Source: an uncultured virus (IMG/VR IMGVR_UViG_3300009128_000001)
Taxonomy: Duplodnaviria > Heunggongvirae > Uroviricota > Caudoviricetes
Virus record (IMG/VR): IMGVR_UViG_3300009128_000001
Strand: one strand, 5' to 3'
Length of the DNA stretch: 64,000 nt
This document shows positions 1 through 10,478 of this stretch, piece after piece. The translations under genes and the position numbers were made by a program. Numbering within the stretch: position 1 is the stretch's first letter; every line of letters starts with the position of its first letter. The notes below the pieces were generated by a model, which was given only the letters and a program-made list of their open reading frames with translations, did no database searches and had not been told where the DNA came from.

Positions 1-70
1 TCTAATTTGTCCTGAGCATATACAACAGCACCCCTAGTTATTTCCTTAGGAATTGATGGATAGATTTTCA

Positions 71-400
71 TTAGAATCCCGATCTACACTTATAACAAAT
101 TAATGTTCCGTCTTCTTGATTGGGCTTGGCATATTCAAATATCATACCACATTTTTTACAACGTAGCGGCTCGTCTTCGTATGCCCAACCAACAATCTTC
201 CAAATTTCGTATATGAGTTTTCTTTCCACTACAGAAATCTCAATTGGTATGTCCATTCCATATAATATATTGTCAGGATCAGTAGCATAAAATACTACAT
301 CGTTCGGCTCTACCTTTACCATTTCATAAATATCATTATGCTCGTCGCGTATCTTTGTACCGACTTTTATTTGTTTCTTTATGTCGGCGAGGCGTTTCAT
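71..400 (-). CDS. Hypothetical protein, SH3/KOW-like N-terminus plus C-terminal Zn-ribbon tag
   Basis: IKVGTKIRD start; C-terminal CKKC..YAKPNQEDGTLICYKCR shared with three other ORFs. Confidence 0.7.
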   Translation of the reverse strand: MKRLADIKKQIKVGTKIRDEHNDIYEMVKVEPNDVVFYATDPDNILYGMDIPIEISVVERKLIYEIWKIVGWAYEDEPLRCKKCGMIFEYAKPNQEDGTLICYKCRSGF

Positions 401-561
401 TTGTCCTCTTGGATTTCCACTCCCTTATCACAAGAGCACTCTAACTCATAATGCTTGCCCTTGTATGTTACGCCACAACAAATGGCCCACACACATACAA
501 ATGCGATGATAAAAATTAGGCAGCCACCACAACCGCCACCACCAGAACTATCTTCACTCAT
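397..561 (-). CDS. Small membrane protein, paralog of 14286..14525
   Basis: Hydrophobic segment then GVTYKGKHYELECSCDKGVE; start moved to MSEDS. Confidence 0.6.
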   Translation of the reverse strand: MSEDSSGGGGCGGCLIFIIAFVCVWAICCGVTYKGKHYELECSCDKGVEIQEDK

Positions 562-1079
562 TGGTCTTCTTCTCCCTATCTTCCACATCACAGCGCAACT
601 GATCTAACTCTGCCATAGCCTCGCCAGCCAAATGATAAGCCTTAACCATGCGTTGCGTTTCTTCGTCCAAAAGTATAGAGTCAGTATCAATCATATGGTC
701 TAGTGCTTCAAACTGAACCCCATTCTTGATAAATTCCATTAAGTTATCATTTATAGTATTCCCAATACTAAGGAATAGTGTGTGAACGTCATCAAATAAA
801 TTATCAATATCATTTTTTGTGTAATACATAATTCACCTATCCACCCTTAATAACTCTACCACCTTCAAATACCAATGTGTCTATGGGAAGTTCTACGGCA
901 TGCATCATACAGCTTGCGTCCCAGCACCATGACGCATATCTTTCTCCGCCTACGTCTTCATGATTACCCTCGTCATCAAACCCATATTTCCACTTGGATA
1001 TTTTGCCACACGCACAACAAACAAATAGATTCCCTTTGTCAGCTTGCTTATTCATTTAGTATTACCCCATTAATTGGTA

Positions 1080-1400
1080 TTAAGATCCCACAGAGATGGT
1101 TACTTCTTTCTTTTTATGATCTATACGAATGTGCCCTAAGGTTAAGTCTTCCATGCAATGACCCCAGATTCCAAACTTCTCTTCATTGTCATAGATTTTC
1201 CGATAAAACTTAGCAATCTTAGAAATAATGCCAGCAGTATGTAGACCGTTCGCGCCAGTTTTAATTGGACATGTCGCAACAATAGAAAGCGGATAATCTA
1301 TTTTCAATTCATATGTTTGATTTGGAGGAATTGATATGTCCCTGGTTTTGGTATCCCACATACTTATATCTAAAAACGTAAATGTAGATTGTGTTTTCAT
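1080..1400 (-). CDS. Hypothetical protein, paralog of 37362..37679
   Basis: Shared PNxTYxLxIDYPLS and GIWGHCxxDL motifs. Confidence 0.75.
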   Translation of the reverse strand: MKTQSTFTFLDISMWDTKTRDISIPPNQTYELKIDYPLSIVATCPIKTGANGLHTAGIISKIAKFYRKIYDNEEKFGIWGHCMEDLTLGHIRIDHKKKEVTISVGS

Positions 1401-1441
1401 TTCTAATGCCTCGGGATTGTTTCGTTATATATAAATATACT

Positions 1442-2236
1442 ATGGTTAAAGTTTGTAATAAATGCGGACAATCAAAAACTGAAAATTCGGATAATTTTGA
1501 GTGGAGAAGTGATACTCAAAAGTATAGAGGACTCTGTCGTATATGTGTGCAAAAGCGGCGGGCAAAATATCGAGAAGAGAATAGAGATAAAATTCGTAAA
1601 GCAGATAAAGAACATTATAAAAATAATGCTGATAAAATTAAAAGGCGCACTAAAAAATATGCCAGTAATAATATTGAAAAAGTAAGAGAAACAAAACGAA
1701 AATATAGAAAGAAAAACGCTGATAAAATCAAAAAACGAGATCAGAAATATCGAGAAGAAAATAAAGAAAAAATTCAACAAACAATAAAGCGGTGGCGAAA
1801 AGAAAATAAAGAACAATTACGAATAAAAAAAGCCAAGTACCTCCGCAATAGAAGAAAAACAGATATCCAATTTAGATTAAAAGAAAGCGTCAGTAATATG
1901 ATGCGCATCTATCTCTATCGAAGAAATGCTTCTAAAGGAGGAAAAAGTATAAAACATATTTTACCATATACAATAGATGAATTAAAAACTCATTTAGAGT
2001 CACAATTTGAAAGCTGGATGTCTTGGGATAACTGGGGCATTTACAAACCAAGTGCGTGGGATGATAACGATTCGTCTACGTGGACATGGAATATTGACCA
2101 CCGCATTCCACAATCTAAATTTAAATATTCAAGTATAAATGACCACGAATTTTTAGAATGCTGGGCCCTTGATAATTTACGACCACTCAAGAGCAAAGAT
2201 AATATTATAAACGGGGCTAAAATTTCTCATGGTTAA
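1442..2236 (+). CDS. HNH-type homing endonuclease
   Basis: N-terminal CxxC..CxxC, K/R/E-rich repeats, C-terminal MSWDNWG..WNIDHRIP..WALDNLRPL..N; opposite strand to neighbours. Confidence 0.8.
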   Translation: MVKVCNKCGQSKTENSDNFEWRSDTQKYRGLCRICVQKRRAKYREENRDKIRKADKEHYKNNADKIKRRTKKYASNNIEKVRETKRKYRKKNADKIKKRDQKYREENKEKIQQTIKRWRKENKEQLRIKKAKYLRNRRKTDIQFRLKESVSNMMRIYLYRRNASKGGKSIKHILPYTIDELKTHLESQFESWMSWDNWGIYKPSAWDDNDSSTWTWNIDHRIPQSKFKYSSINDHEFLECWALDNLRPLKSKDNIINGAKISHG

Positions 2237-2943
2237 TGCTCTATTATTACGATACTTTTTCTTTTATCGTTCTTATTTACTTTTCCGTTGCACAAGTTAC
2301 ATTTTATACACTGAACATTATGTGTTATATGAGGACACATAATTTCATTATCGGTACAGTCATTTTGATTTGAAATTCTGAATGTGCGCCAACTTTTCTT
2401 CCAGGCAATTTTAGCATCCCCAACAGAAGACACAGATGCCATAGAATATTTTTTTATCCATTGTGCCCATTTTTGTTTCCACATATGAGTATAACACGTA
2501 TGACCATCTGCGATATGTACAAGTTTTTGAATAATTTCCTGAGGCATCATTGCCCCATCACCATACGCCCCAATTCGGATTGGCAGATTACTCAGCTTCA
2601 TGGCACACCATGATTTTTCTAATTCTACTTTTCTACCTATATTATATTGCCATACAGATCTTGGGGCTTGCCAAGCCCGGCGGCCAACATAGCAAGGTTT
2701 AAAATTGTTTGTTTTAGTGGTGGTCGGTCTTAACGGACAATCGCCACAAACACACTCATCCTCGCCAGTCTTAACAGCATCTTTTGGATTAATCTCTTTA
2801 GGAATAATCCACAGCTGAATCATTGGCCCGGTCTTAGGGTTGTTTGATGACCCGTCTGTTCCAGTAATAATGGAGGAGATAGGGGCGCTATTATATGGAG
2901 ATGCGCCCTCCCAAATCTTAAATGAAGTTTGTTTTATAGCCAT
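2233..2943 (-). CDS. Conserved phage Cys-rich protein (GP88-like, probable metal/Fe-S binding)
   Basis: NPKTGPMIQ, CGDCP..CY, RIGAYGD, YTHMW, CP..CxxCxLC motifs. Confidence 0.55.
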   Translation of the reverse strand: MAIKQTSFKIWEGASPYNSAPISSIITGTDGSSNNPKTGPMIQLWIIPKEINPKDAVKTGEDECVCGDCPLRPTTTKTNNFKPCYVGRRAWQAPRSVWQYNIGRKVELEKSWCAMKLSNLPIRIGAYGDGAMMPQEIIQKLVHIADGHTCYTHMWKQKWAQWIKKYSMASVSSVGDAKIAWKKSWRTFRISNQNDCTDNEIMCPHITHNVQCIKCNLCNGKVNKNDKRKSIVIIEH

Positions 2944-3502
2944 TGTTTTTCTTTCTTATTAAAGCACATATTGCTCCGTATATTTTGTGCCCTTTTATAA
3001 TCTCAAGCTCTAAATCTAAAACACCACAAAGACCTATAAGCTCTTGCTCAGAAATGCCATGTTGAAATGTTTTCCGGCTCTTACTAGTAATAAATCCATC
3101 ACAAAATAATGTCCAACCTTTTTTCTCGGCCAGTTTGTTTATTTCGGCAGCAGAACGAGCGGCAATAAATATCTCGCCACGTTCTGTTAGGTGAGTTGCC
3201 ATTTCTTCTAATAACCTTGCCCGAGCAGCTAAACGACCTTCCATAACATTAAGGACATACACGCATGTAATTAGATCATATTTTTCTGCCGGCTTATTGG
3301 TAAACCCGAACTTATCATTGCAATCATAACCATTAGCATTTAAACCACGCTCATTATAGAATTCAATATCCTTACCTCGACCGCAACCCCAGTCAAATAC
3401 ATTCCCGGGAGATAACTTGGGCACAATATTCTTAATAACATATTTAGCCGGAGCAGATGCAGTGCGCCGGCCAATAGCGGTTTTTTCAGGACAAGTCTTC
3501 AT
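2918..3502 (-). CDS. Class I SAM-dependent methyltransferase
   Basis: VFDWGCGRGKD motif I, YDLITCVYVLNV, N-terminal KTAIGR..SAP, C-terminal TFQ. Confidence 0.8.
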   Translation of the reverse strand: MKTCPEKTAIGRRTASAPAKYVIKNIVPKLSPGNVFDWGCGRGKDIEFYNERGLNANGYDCNDKFGFTNKPAEKYDLITCVYVLNVMEGRLAARARLLEEMATHLTERGEIFIAARSAAEINKLAEKKGWTLFCDGFITSKSRKTFQHGISEQELIGLCGVLDLELEIIKGHKIYGAICALIRKKNNGYKTNFI

Positions 3503-3514
3503 AAGAAATCTCAA

Positions 3515-3548
3515 AATTGCGGGGCCGGCTTTACTCGGCCCCGCAATT
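3515..3548 (-). terminator. Intrinsic terminator after rIIB
   Basis: 13-bp inverted repeat AATTGCGGGGCCG/CGGCCCCGCAATT with short U-run on minus strand. Confidence 0.7.
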
Positions 3549-3571
3549 ATATCACAATCAACAACAACGGC

Positions 3572-4558
3572 CTAGAATAATGAATGATAATCTGGAATAG
3601 TATCCCTGGACTCACACCGGCAATCACTTACAAGATGATGACAATAAGGACAATCATCGCCACAGAAACAATCATCTATACGCTCGTCACAATCAGGACA
3701 AATATCATCACAATAACAATCATCCTCATGTTCGCCGCAATCATCACAATAGCGTTCCTCTTCCTCTTCCTCTTCCTCTTCCTCTTCATCATCACGGAAC
3801 GGATCATATATACGATCCTTAAACTCGCCCTCTGACTCGCCAAGAACTTTATACTCACATACACGCATCTTAGCTCGGTTATAATCAACAGGAACAGCTA
3901 CAACATCGCGAGGATTAACCTCTACAAACACTGTAATCTCTCCGGCATATTCATCATGCGCATAACTATAAGTGGCCACATGTAAACCGTGAGAACAGGT
4001 GCGCTCAGGATCTTCATCTACTTGATTGCGAGGCATGCTGACAACTGTTCCAACCGAATTATCAAACTTACCAGTACGAACATCAGTAAAGTTTTTATTG
4101 ATACTCTTGTACGCAATGAAGTTTCCGTCTGTAGTAATGGTTAGATTTGTATTCTGAATGAAATCGAACAATTGCTGAACAGAACGATATGACGGATTAA
4201 GATTTAGCTTTTGCGCAAACTTAACCAATGAGTCAAAGTTTAGACCCTCGTCCATATAGTTTATGATAGTATCGTTCAAAGCAGATGATACGCTAAATTC
4301 CGAACCATCATCGCCTTTTACAAATACTTTTCCATGCTCTACGCGCATTTTAGAATCAGAAGCTTTGACTACAGCCTTTTCCCGATCCATTAGGTCAACA
4401 GCATCATGCCATCGCTCCTCTTGAACAGCCAGAAGAACCTCATCATATAGGGCGCTTTCTCTCTTTACTGTTTTAGATTCACCATTACTAACAACAGTAA
4501 TTGCTTGTTTAGTAACCAGGCTCGGGGGCGCATCAGAACCAAAATTCATAGTTTTCAT
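3572..4558 (-). CDS. rIIB: rIIB-like protein with acidic and Cys-rich tail
   Basis: NPS..QLFDF, ITTDGNFIAYK, MPRNQVDEDPERTCSHGLHV, VNPRDVVAVPVDYNRAKMRVCEYKV; follows rIIA. Confidence 0.9.
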   Translation of the reverse strand: MKTMNFGSDAPPSLVTKQAITVVSNGESKTVKRESALYDEVLLAVQEERWHDAVDLMDREKAVVKASDSKMRVEHGKVFVKGDDGSEFSVSSALNDTIINYMDEGLNFDSLVKFAQKLNLNPSYRSVQQLFDFIQNTNLTITTDGNFIAYKSINKNFTDVRTGKFDNSVGTVVSMPRNQVDEDPERTCSHGLHVATYSYAHDEYAGEITVFVEVNPRDVVAVPVDYNRAKMRVCEYKVLGESEGEFKDRIYDPFRDDEEEEEEEEEEERYCDDCGEHEDDCYCDDICPDCDERIDDCFCGDDCPYCHHLVSDCRCESRDTIPDYHSLF

Positions 4559-4568
4559 TTTTAATCTC

Positions 4569-6815
4569 CTATGCCGAAAGTTGCATATCCCAATCTTGTG
4601 TTAATGGAAATAAATTTGCGGCAGCATCATCTCCTTTTGAATCATCGCTTGCTGCCAAATTGTTGTCAATTAAATTAATATAATCAATAACAGCTTCTTG
4701 TCCGCCATCATCGATATAATAAGTGTCAATCTGTTTTAATAAAGGATATCTCTTAATAACATCTAGGTACATCGTTCTAAGCTCGGAATCATCTTTGCGA
4801 TTAGATTCTGTGCTATATCGATCAAAAGACCAGCGAGGCGGCCAGGCGATCTTTTCCATTTTTTGCAAGATACCAATATAGGTTTTATGTTTTTGTAATA
4901 GGTTAAAAACTTCTTCTGACCTTTTGTAATATTTAGCTAGAAGACCACCATTTGCGTTTAATTGGATTACTTTTCTACAAAGATCCGTATTAAATTTCAT
5001 ATGGGTTTTAAAGTACCAATTAGATTCCTTGCAAGCCTCGTTAAGATCTTTGACAGAAATAGTAGACTCTGTTTCCGCGATCTTATCTAATACAGCTTGC
5101 TTTAGAGTTTTCCATTTAGTTTTATCAAGCTTCTCCAGTTTTGCGTTAGAAAATCCATAAATAGTCTGGCCAATAAATTCAGAGAATGTTTCTATATGCC
5201 GACCGCTCACACGCATATTTTCGGTAACAAATAACTTACGTTTAAAATCCGCAAAGATATAAACACCACCGTCTTTATTTAGAACACTAATGGGCTCTCC
5301 ATGAATACGATTGCCAACAGGTGATAATTCATATCCGCGTAGAGATCCTTTACGCCTAGTTCCAACCGCAGCGCCCCTAACTTTGCGAGGCATTTGAACG
5401 TCTGCTAAGCTTCTAGCACCAATAAGATCTAAAAGGTCGTGCTTATATTCTACCTTGGGGGTTCTTCCGTAATCAACCTCGTGTCTATAATCTGCACAAG
5501 AAGGCTTTTGAGGGGTGGAAATGATTTGGATTTTTTCCAGATCCGGATTGGTGCTGAAAATATGTTCAACCAACCGCTTGTCTACACGCTCTTGAGTTCT
5601 ATCATTTTTAAAAATAAATAAATCGTCGCCAGCATCCATAAACTTAATCTTACTGCTCCGACGCGTCCTAGAAACAATGCGGCTATATTCTTTAGCATAA
5701 ACAGTTAGTCTAGCCCAATTACCAATATCCAAGATGGTTAGCTCTCGATATAGTTTGTGACCATTCCACTTCACGCTTTCATCAAGTGCGCCCTCTAATG
5801 ACCATCCCCTGATATTTTCTATAGTCTCATTATATAGTTTACAGGCCTCTACAAACGTAGTAGCACTTTTAATCTTTGCACTAATTGTGTCCGTAAGTTC
5901 ACATAGCGCCCGCCGAAATATATTAATAATTAGCTTTTGGGTTCCTGGCGAATATTGAATATTATCCCTGCTAGCAGCCAAATCTAATTCGCCGACACCG
6001 AAAGATAGAACAAAGCCGTTTCCACTTAAAGCGGAGCGCTCTTCTTTGGTTAGGCCGTCCAAAGACGAAGCATCCAGGTCATATCTAATGCCATCTACTA
6101 TAACCACCGGATCATTATTACAAGACCAGCCATAACGATCAGTACGGGCCTTTCGTAAAACCCAATCAGCTCCAGACGCAATATCTTCCTGCTCTTTAAA
6201 TTCAATCTCATCGCCAAAGAATTCTGGTCTTACATCCCAATATTCTACAGCAATCTTTGTGGCATTTTTAAATTTATATTCATCGCCACTAGTAACAGGT
6301 ATAATAATGGTAGTTCCATTAGGCTCATCTGTTGAGACAGATTCGGCCAAAGAAATCTTACCAACTTTAGTCTCATCAATAAATGCAATATACGTGCGCC
6401 TAGTTCCATCTACTACTGTAACAACGGTAAAGTTATCGCTATATGCAAAGGGAGTTTTACACCCCAAACCAAACCCACCAGTTTGAATATTGTCTTGGCG
6501 CTTTGTAGATGCAGCATACTTAGTAAATACATCTGCCATTCTAGTCGGAGAAATACCGGGGCCATAATCTTTGATCTTATAATTCAGATCAAATGCAGTG
6601 GGAAGATAAATCTCAATAGGACGATCAGGCGTTCCTACTTCCCTATGAGCATCGCGAGCATTAGATGCAATTTCGCGACAGATTGCTTTAATAGGATCTT
6701 TGTAAATCTTGGTGCGCAGGATATCAAAGATCATTCCAAGATCGCCCACGCCAAAAGCCTGCTCCATCAGCATGCCATTAGTTTCTGCGGAAATATTGCT
6801 TTCAGGTAGTAGCAT
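4569..6815 (-). CDS. rIIA: rIIA-like protein (N-terminal GHKL ATPase)
   Basis: REIASNARDAH, DYGPGIS, STK..GGFGLGCKTPFAYSD, NGT; adjacent to rIIB. Confidence 0.9.
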   Translation of the reverse strand: MLLPESNISAETNGMLMEQAFGVGDLGMIFDILRTKIYKDPIKAICREIASNARDAHREVGTPDRPIEIYLPTAFDLNYKIKDYGPGISPTRMADVFTKYAASTKRQDNIQTGGFGLGCKTPFAYSDNFTVVTVVDGTRRTYIAFIDETKVGKISLAESVSTDEPNGTTIIIPVTSGDEYKFKNATKIAVEYWDVRPEFFGDEIEFKEQEDIASGADWVLRKARTDRYGWSCNNDPVVIVDGIRYDLDASSLDGLTKEERSALSGNGFVLSFGVGELDLAASRDNIQYSPGTQKLIINIFRRALCELTDTISAKIKSATTFVEACKLYNETIENIRGWSLEGALDESVKWNGHKLYRELTILDIGNWARLTVYAKEYSRIVSRTRRSSKIKFMDAGDDLFIFKNDRTQERVDKRLVEHIFSTNPDLEKIQIISTPQKPSCADYRHEVDYGRTPKVEYKHDLLDLIGARSLADVQMPRKVRGAAVGTRRKGSLRGYELSPVGNRIHGEPISVLNKDGGVYIFADFKRKLFVTENMRVSGRHIETFSEFIGQTIYGFSNAKLEKLDKTKWKTLKQAVLDKIAETESTISVKDLNEACKESNWYFKTHMKFNTDLCRKVIQLNANGGLLAKYYKRSEEVFNLLQKHKTYIGILQKMEKIAWPPRWSFDRYSTESNRKDDSELRTMYLDVIKRYPLLKQIDTYYIDDGGQEAVIDYINLIDNNLAASDDSKGDDAAANLFPLTQDWDMQLSA

Positions 6816-6977
6816 TATTATTCTCCGTATCAATAATAGAGATTAGGTCGAAAAAATATTGTGTAATGTAATATGCTCGCGCTTCGTCACTGTCGCCAAA
6901 AAATAAAGTTGTTTGTTTTAAATGATAAAGAACAGTATTGTGTACTTCTTCAAAATCTAATTCGTTCAGTTTAATCG

Positions 6978-7370
6978 TCATCTTACAAATTCTTTTGCTA
7001 ATTTTATTCCCAATTTACAAACCTTGTCTGGAATTTTTGTTTTCTTTTTCGTTTTTTTATTTTCTATCTCAACCATTATCTGATTGCCAACGCTGAATCC
7101 TATATGGAACCTATAAATCCAAAATCCGTTTATGTCAAACTCTTTTAGCAGTGGCTTCCAATTATATGGCCATTCATTTTTGTGACCTACATATAAAAAC
7201 ATAGCCCCAACAGCATCACAGGCAGACGGTTTATTGCCAGAATGAATTGGCCAACCACCATTCGGATCTGGCTTTGTCCAATCAAAACAAGGGCCTCGCA
7301 CAATTTTAATACCCTTTGCTCTTGCCTGTTTTACCGCTTCTCTAATTTTTTCTTCGCGGGTCATATCCAA
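6978..7370 (-). CDS. Hypothetical protein
   Basis: ORF in co-oriented gene run. Confidence 0.65.
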   Translation of the reverse strand: MDMTREEKIREAVKQARAKGIKIVRGPCFDWTKPDPNGGWPIHSGNKPSACDAVGAMFLYVGHKNEWPYNWKPLLKEFDINGFWIYRFHIGFSVGNQIMVEIENKKTKKKTKIPDKVCKLGIKLAKEFVR

Positions 7371-7848
7371 GGTTCACTAGGGGAATTTTCTGCCTCCATA
7401 AAGGCTGCTATCTCTTCTTCTGTCGGAGGCTCATCCATCCAAGAATCATGAATCATATAACCCTCATCAATAAGCCAATCCATATTTTTGTTAACCAATA
7501 GCGTGTATTTTGACAGCTGTTCCGATGGCTCAGTATCGCAAAATATATCAATAAATTCTTGGACAAACTTCCTATAATTATCTACAGACGCTTCTAGCAT
7601 TTTAATTTGTTTTCTGCTCATTGTCAAGCTCCACCATACTCATTAGTCTGTCAGTTTCGTCTTCCTGATCTTGGCTTAAAACCTGGTTAATTGGCGCAAG
7701 ATCTTCTGCTACTGCTTGTCGAATAATGGTTAGATCTTCCCGGCCATCACGTGTACATTCGTCTTTATATAGTTTCAAAGATGCTAGGGCCGCATTAATA
7801 GCTTTCTTGTCTTCTGTTCCGGCCAAAACCACGAAGTCATTAGTTCCG

Positions 7849-8259
7849 TCAGTCCTCTCTAGTATCACCCACGATTTCTTCTGACTCATCGTTTTGTATT
7901 CTCGCTTGTTTAATATGAATAATTTTAGATGTTTCTTCAACAGCCGTCATTACAAATACAATATTTATTACTTTGGCCGCTTTCAATAATATAGGCTGCC
8001 CGGTTACTATTGCTTCATACAATTCTTTGCCGGCCGCCCATAACAAATCTTGACCAATTTCAAATGCCTCGTCCTTATCTTTTGCGCTGCTAAAATGAGT
8101 CACTGCGTCATCATTTGCTACAGATTGTGTCAAAACTGATTCAGTAGCATTTAACACCTTAATGTCAAATAATATTTTTAAGAACTTCTTGGCCGCAAAA
8201 AATATAACAAAGGCTATACCACCTAGAAGCACATAGGTGAGAATGTCGGATACTTCCAT
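7849..8259 (-). CDS. Hypothetical protein with N-terminal membrane anchor
   Basis: ILTYVLLGGIAFVIFFAA hydrophobic segment. Confidence 0.6.
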   Translation of the reverse strand: MEVSDILTYVLLGGIAFVIFFAAKKFLKILFDIKVLNATESVLTQSVANDDAVTHFSSAKDKDEAFEIGQDLLWAAGKELYEAIVTGQPILLKAAKVINIVFVMTAVEETSKIIHIKQARIQNDESEEIVGDTRED

Positions 8260-8305
8260 ACTCTAGTCTTTCAAATAAAAAATATCGGTCTGTCTGAATG
8301 TATAA

Positions 8306-8611
8306 TTATTTCTTTTTAATTAACCAAGGCCGCGTAGTTCTACAGCTATAACAGATTAAAGTTCCATCAGGTTGGTTTGGTTCTGCATAATCATAGAATT
8401 GTTTGCAGCCTGTACAAAACTCGCCGTCTCTATCATGTTTTGTTTTGCATTTACAGTCTTTGCATTCTCCATCACATGAACAATCATCACAGGAGTTAGA
8501 GCAGGAATTCTTTTTTGTTTTGCATCCTCCAGAACAGTTCTTATCGGAACTGCCACAGGGATTACATTTTTTAGATTTTTTACGTTTCCTGGATTTTAAT
8601 AGTCGCCCCAT
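8306..8611 (-). CDS. Cys/Lys-rich metallothionein-like protein with Zn-ribbon tag
   Basis: Many CxC/CxxC; C-terminal CTGC..YAEPNQPDGTLICYSCR. Confidence 0.65.
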   Translation of the reverse strand: MGRLLKSRKRKKSKKCNPCGSSDKNCSGGCKTKKNSCSNSCDDCSCDGECKDCKCKTKHDRDGEFCTGCKQFYDYAEPNQPDGTLICYSCRTTRPWLIKKK

Positions 8612-8677
8612 ATACACCACTTATAAAGAAAATTAATAGTTATATATATGGGGCTTTATTAGTACTGAGTCGACTTG

Positions 8678-9742
8678 CTAGTTAGTGGACGATTGCGCCA
8701 ACATACCATCAGCGCCATCCAAAGCCAGCTCCAGCGCGCGATCATTAAGTGCGGCGCCAAGACCAGAAATCATATTATCTAGCCGTGCATCAGAATTACG
8801 ACCACGAAGATGAGTAGTAAATTCTGTTACTGCATTATAAGCGGCCCACCAGGTTCCTTTTACACCTTTAATGGTTTGAGCCTCTTCATCAAACAGACGG
8901 AAAAGAACATGAAGCGGTCGTTTGCCATCGGCCCTAATTTCTTTATCAGGATCTTCTTTTTCTTTTAGAACCTTTTGGAAAAATGCTTTAAGCTCAGCTT
9001 CACTCTTTACATTAGCTGCGGCTAGCGCTTTAAATTTCTCAGCAGTTCCAAGAAATACTTCACGCATACTTTCAACATCTTCACGAATATCTTCCGCCTT
9101 CATATGTACAAGTCGAGAATGCCTAGCGCGATATTTCTTTGCCCATCTAGACTTCATCGCAATATTAACAGTATTGTTACATACTGCGCGCACATCGGTT
9201 GGAAAAGCTCTAAAGGAAACCTTACCATCATGCCCATTAAAGGCAAGTACGTATTGGTTAATCTCATCGCCGGACACAACTTCAATAGGGTCTCGATTCA
9301 ATTTAGCCAGAACCCAAAACCTAGCACCATTAAAAATAGCACCACCAGTTTCAATACTAGCCAGCCCAGCATCTACCCATGGCTTAAACCAATTGACCAC
9401 ATCCCTGTCTTGGATAATAGTATATTGAGGACCAACAATTCCAAGATGAGCGCCAAGAATATTATCATCCTTATCCTTAATTGGCTCTCCCATAGCATCA
9501 CAATGAGGACGCCAGGTTTCATTCACACCTTCAATTAGAAAGCCATCCTTATCATAAATAGGACGAGTAACAACATCCACATACGCTTCTAGATCATGAA
9601 GAACTGTAGGCAAATCTGGATCCTGCGTCCAAAACTTACATTTGGTCCAACTATCATGCCATGGCCTATCCGCTTCAGTGCGCTTACGATATGCCATTCT
9701 ATATTCACCAGTTGCGAATGATTGTGCAAGTTCATGACTCAT
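8678..9742 (-). CDS. DUF932/DUF945 family phage/plasmid protein
   Basis: LGIVGPQYTIIQ, ETGGAI, NGHDG, VRAVCNNT, GTWWAAYNAVTEFTTH. Confidence 0.85.
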   Translation of the reverse strand: MSHELAQSFATGEYRMAYRKRTEADRPWHDSWTKCKFWTQDPDLPTVLHDLEAYVDVVTRPIYDKDGFLIEGVNETWRPHCDAMGEPIKDKDDNILGAHLGIVGPQYTIIQDRDVVNWFKPWVDAGLASIETGGAIFNGARFWVLAKLNRDPIEVVSGDEINQYVLAFNGHDGKVSFRAFPTDVRAVCNNTVNIAMKSRWAKKYRARHSRLVHMKAEDIREDVESMREVFLGTAEKFKALAAANVKSEAELKAFFQKVLKEKEDPDKEIRADGKRPLHVLFRLFDEEAQTIKGVKGTWWAAYNAVTEFTTHLRGRNSDARLDNMISGLGAALNDRALELALDGADGMLAQSSTN

Positions 9743-9825
9743 TTTTAATTCTCCGAATACTTTCTTTCTTTATTGTTGCTTTTCGATCGTGATAGTTCGT
9801 ATGCCTTCTCGGCCATCCACTCTAC

Positions 9826-9854
9826 AATGTAAGTCGGCACACACGGTCTGTCAA
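9826..9854 (-). promoter_or_regulatory. sigma70-type promoter for DUF932 gene
   Basis: TTGACA-17bp-TACATT on minus strand. Confidence 0.65.
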
Positions 9855-9980
9855 GGGCCTCGCGTGCTTTTTTTGACAGATCGTGTAAGGCCCCGAAATA
9901 ACTCAGGTTCCGGGCATAGTCCTGGGCAAGCACGCGAGCTGTGATGCCGCTAGGGTCTGATGTGCGCATGTTTTAATTAT

Positions 9981-10478
9981 TCAAATAAAATGATCGTATG
10001 TTACCACTAGGTTATCTTCAACGACAATAGTTCCAATATCATCAAATTCTTCTCCGCGCCATTTAACCTTGCCATTTAATACATAGCCCCATGGTTTAAG
10101 AAAGTTACTAACAATATACTCTAGCCACTCAAAATAGTTGTAAAACTTTTCACCTTGGTCCCATTCAATTCCACGACCACATTTAGTTGGAACCCATTGA
10201 CACCACAAACCAGGCTGATTTGCTGGGGGACTGTTTTGATCTATAACTGATTTGTCGCAATCTTGTCCGCACATACCTTTGCCGCCAACAAAATATTCTC
10301 CATCTTCTCCAGGCCCTAATCCCACATCCTCTCTAACAGGATCTGGCATGCCTTCAACAATCTTAGGATCTCTGAGCATCCTTCTAGTATTAGAGAATTG
10401 TTCTAAATAATCAATATGCTCTTGTGTTAACGATCGATCTAGTTCAAATCGCCCCTCAAACTCGGTTGTATATCCCAT
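9981..10478 (-). CDS. Conserved phage hypothetical protein
   Basis: MGYTTEFEG, QPGLWCQW, EKFYNY.EWL, WRGEE motifs. Confidence 0.75.
   Translation of the reverse strand: MGYTTEFEGRFELDRSLTQEHIDYLEQFSNTRRMLRDPKIVEGMPDPVREDVGLGPGEDGEYFVGGKGMCGQDCDKSVIDQNSPPANQPGLWCQWVPTKCGRGIEWDQGEKFYNYFEWLEYIVSNFLKPWGYVLNGKVKWRGEEFDDIGTIVVEDNLVVTYDHFI

Noticed and set aside
8922..9538. Long plus-strand ORFs, and similar shadows such as 41641..42150 and 48270..48773
   Set aside because: They are antisense to well-supported genes and have no recognisable motifs.
9745..9969. 74-aa ORF
   Set aside because: It overlaps a promoter and inverted repeats and has atypical composition, so it is probably regulatory DNA.
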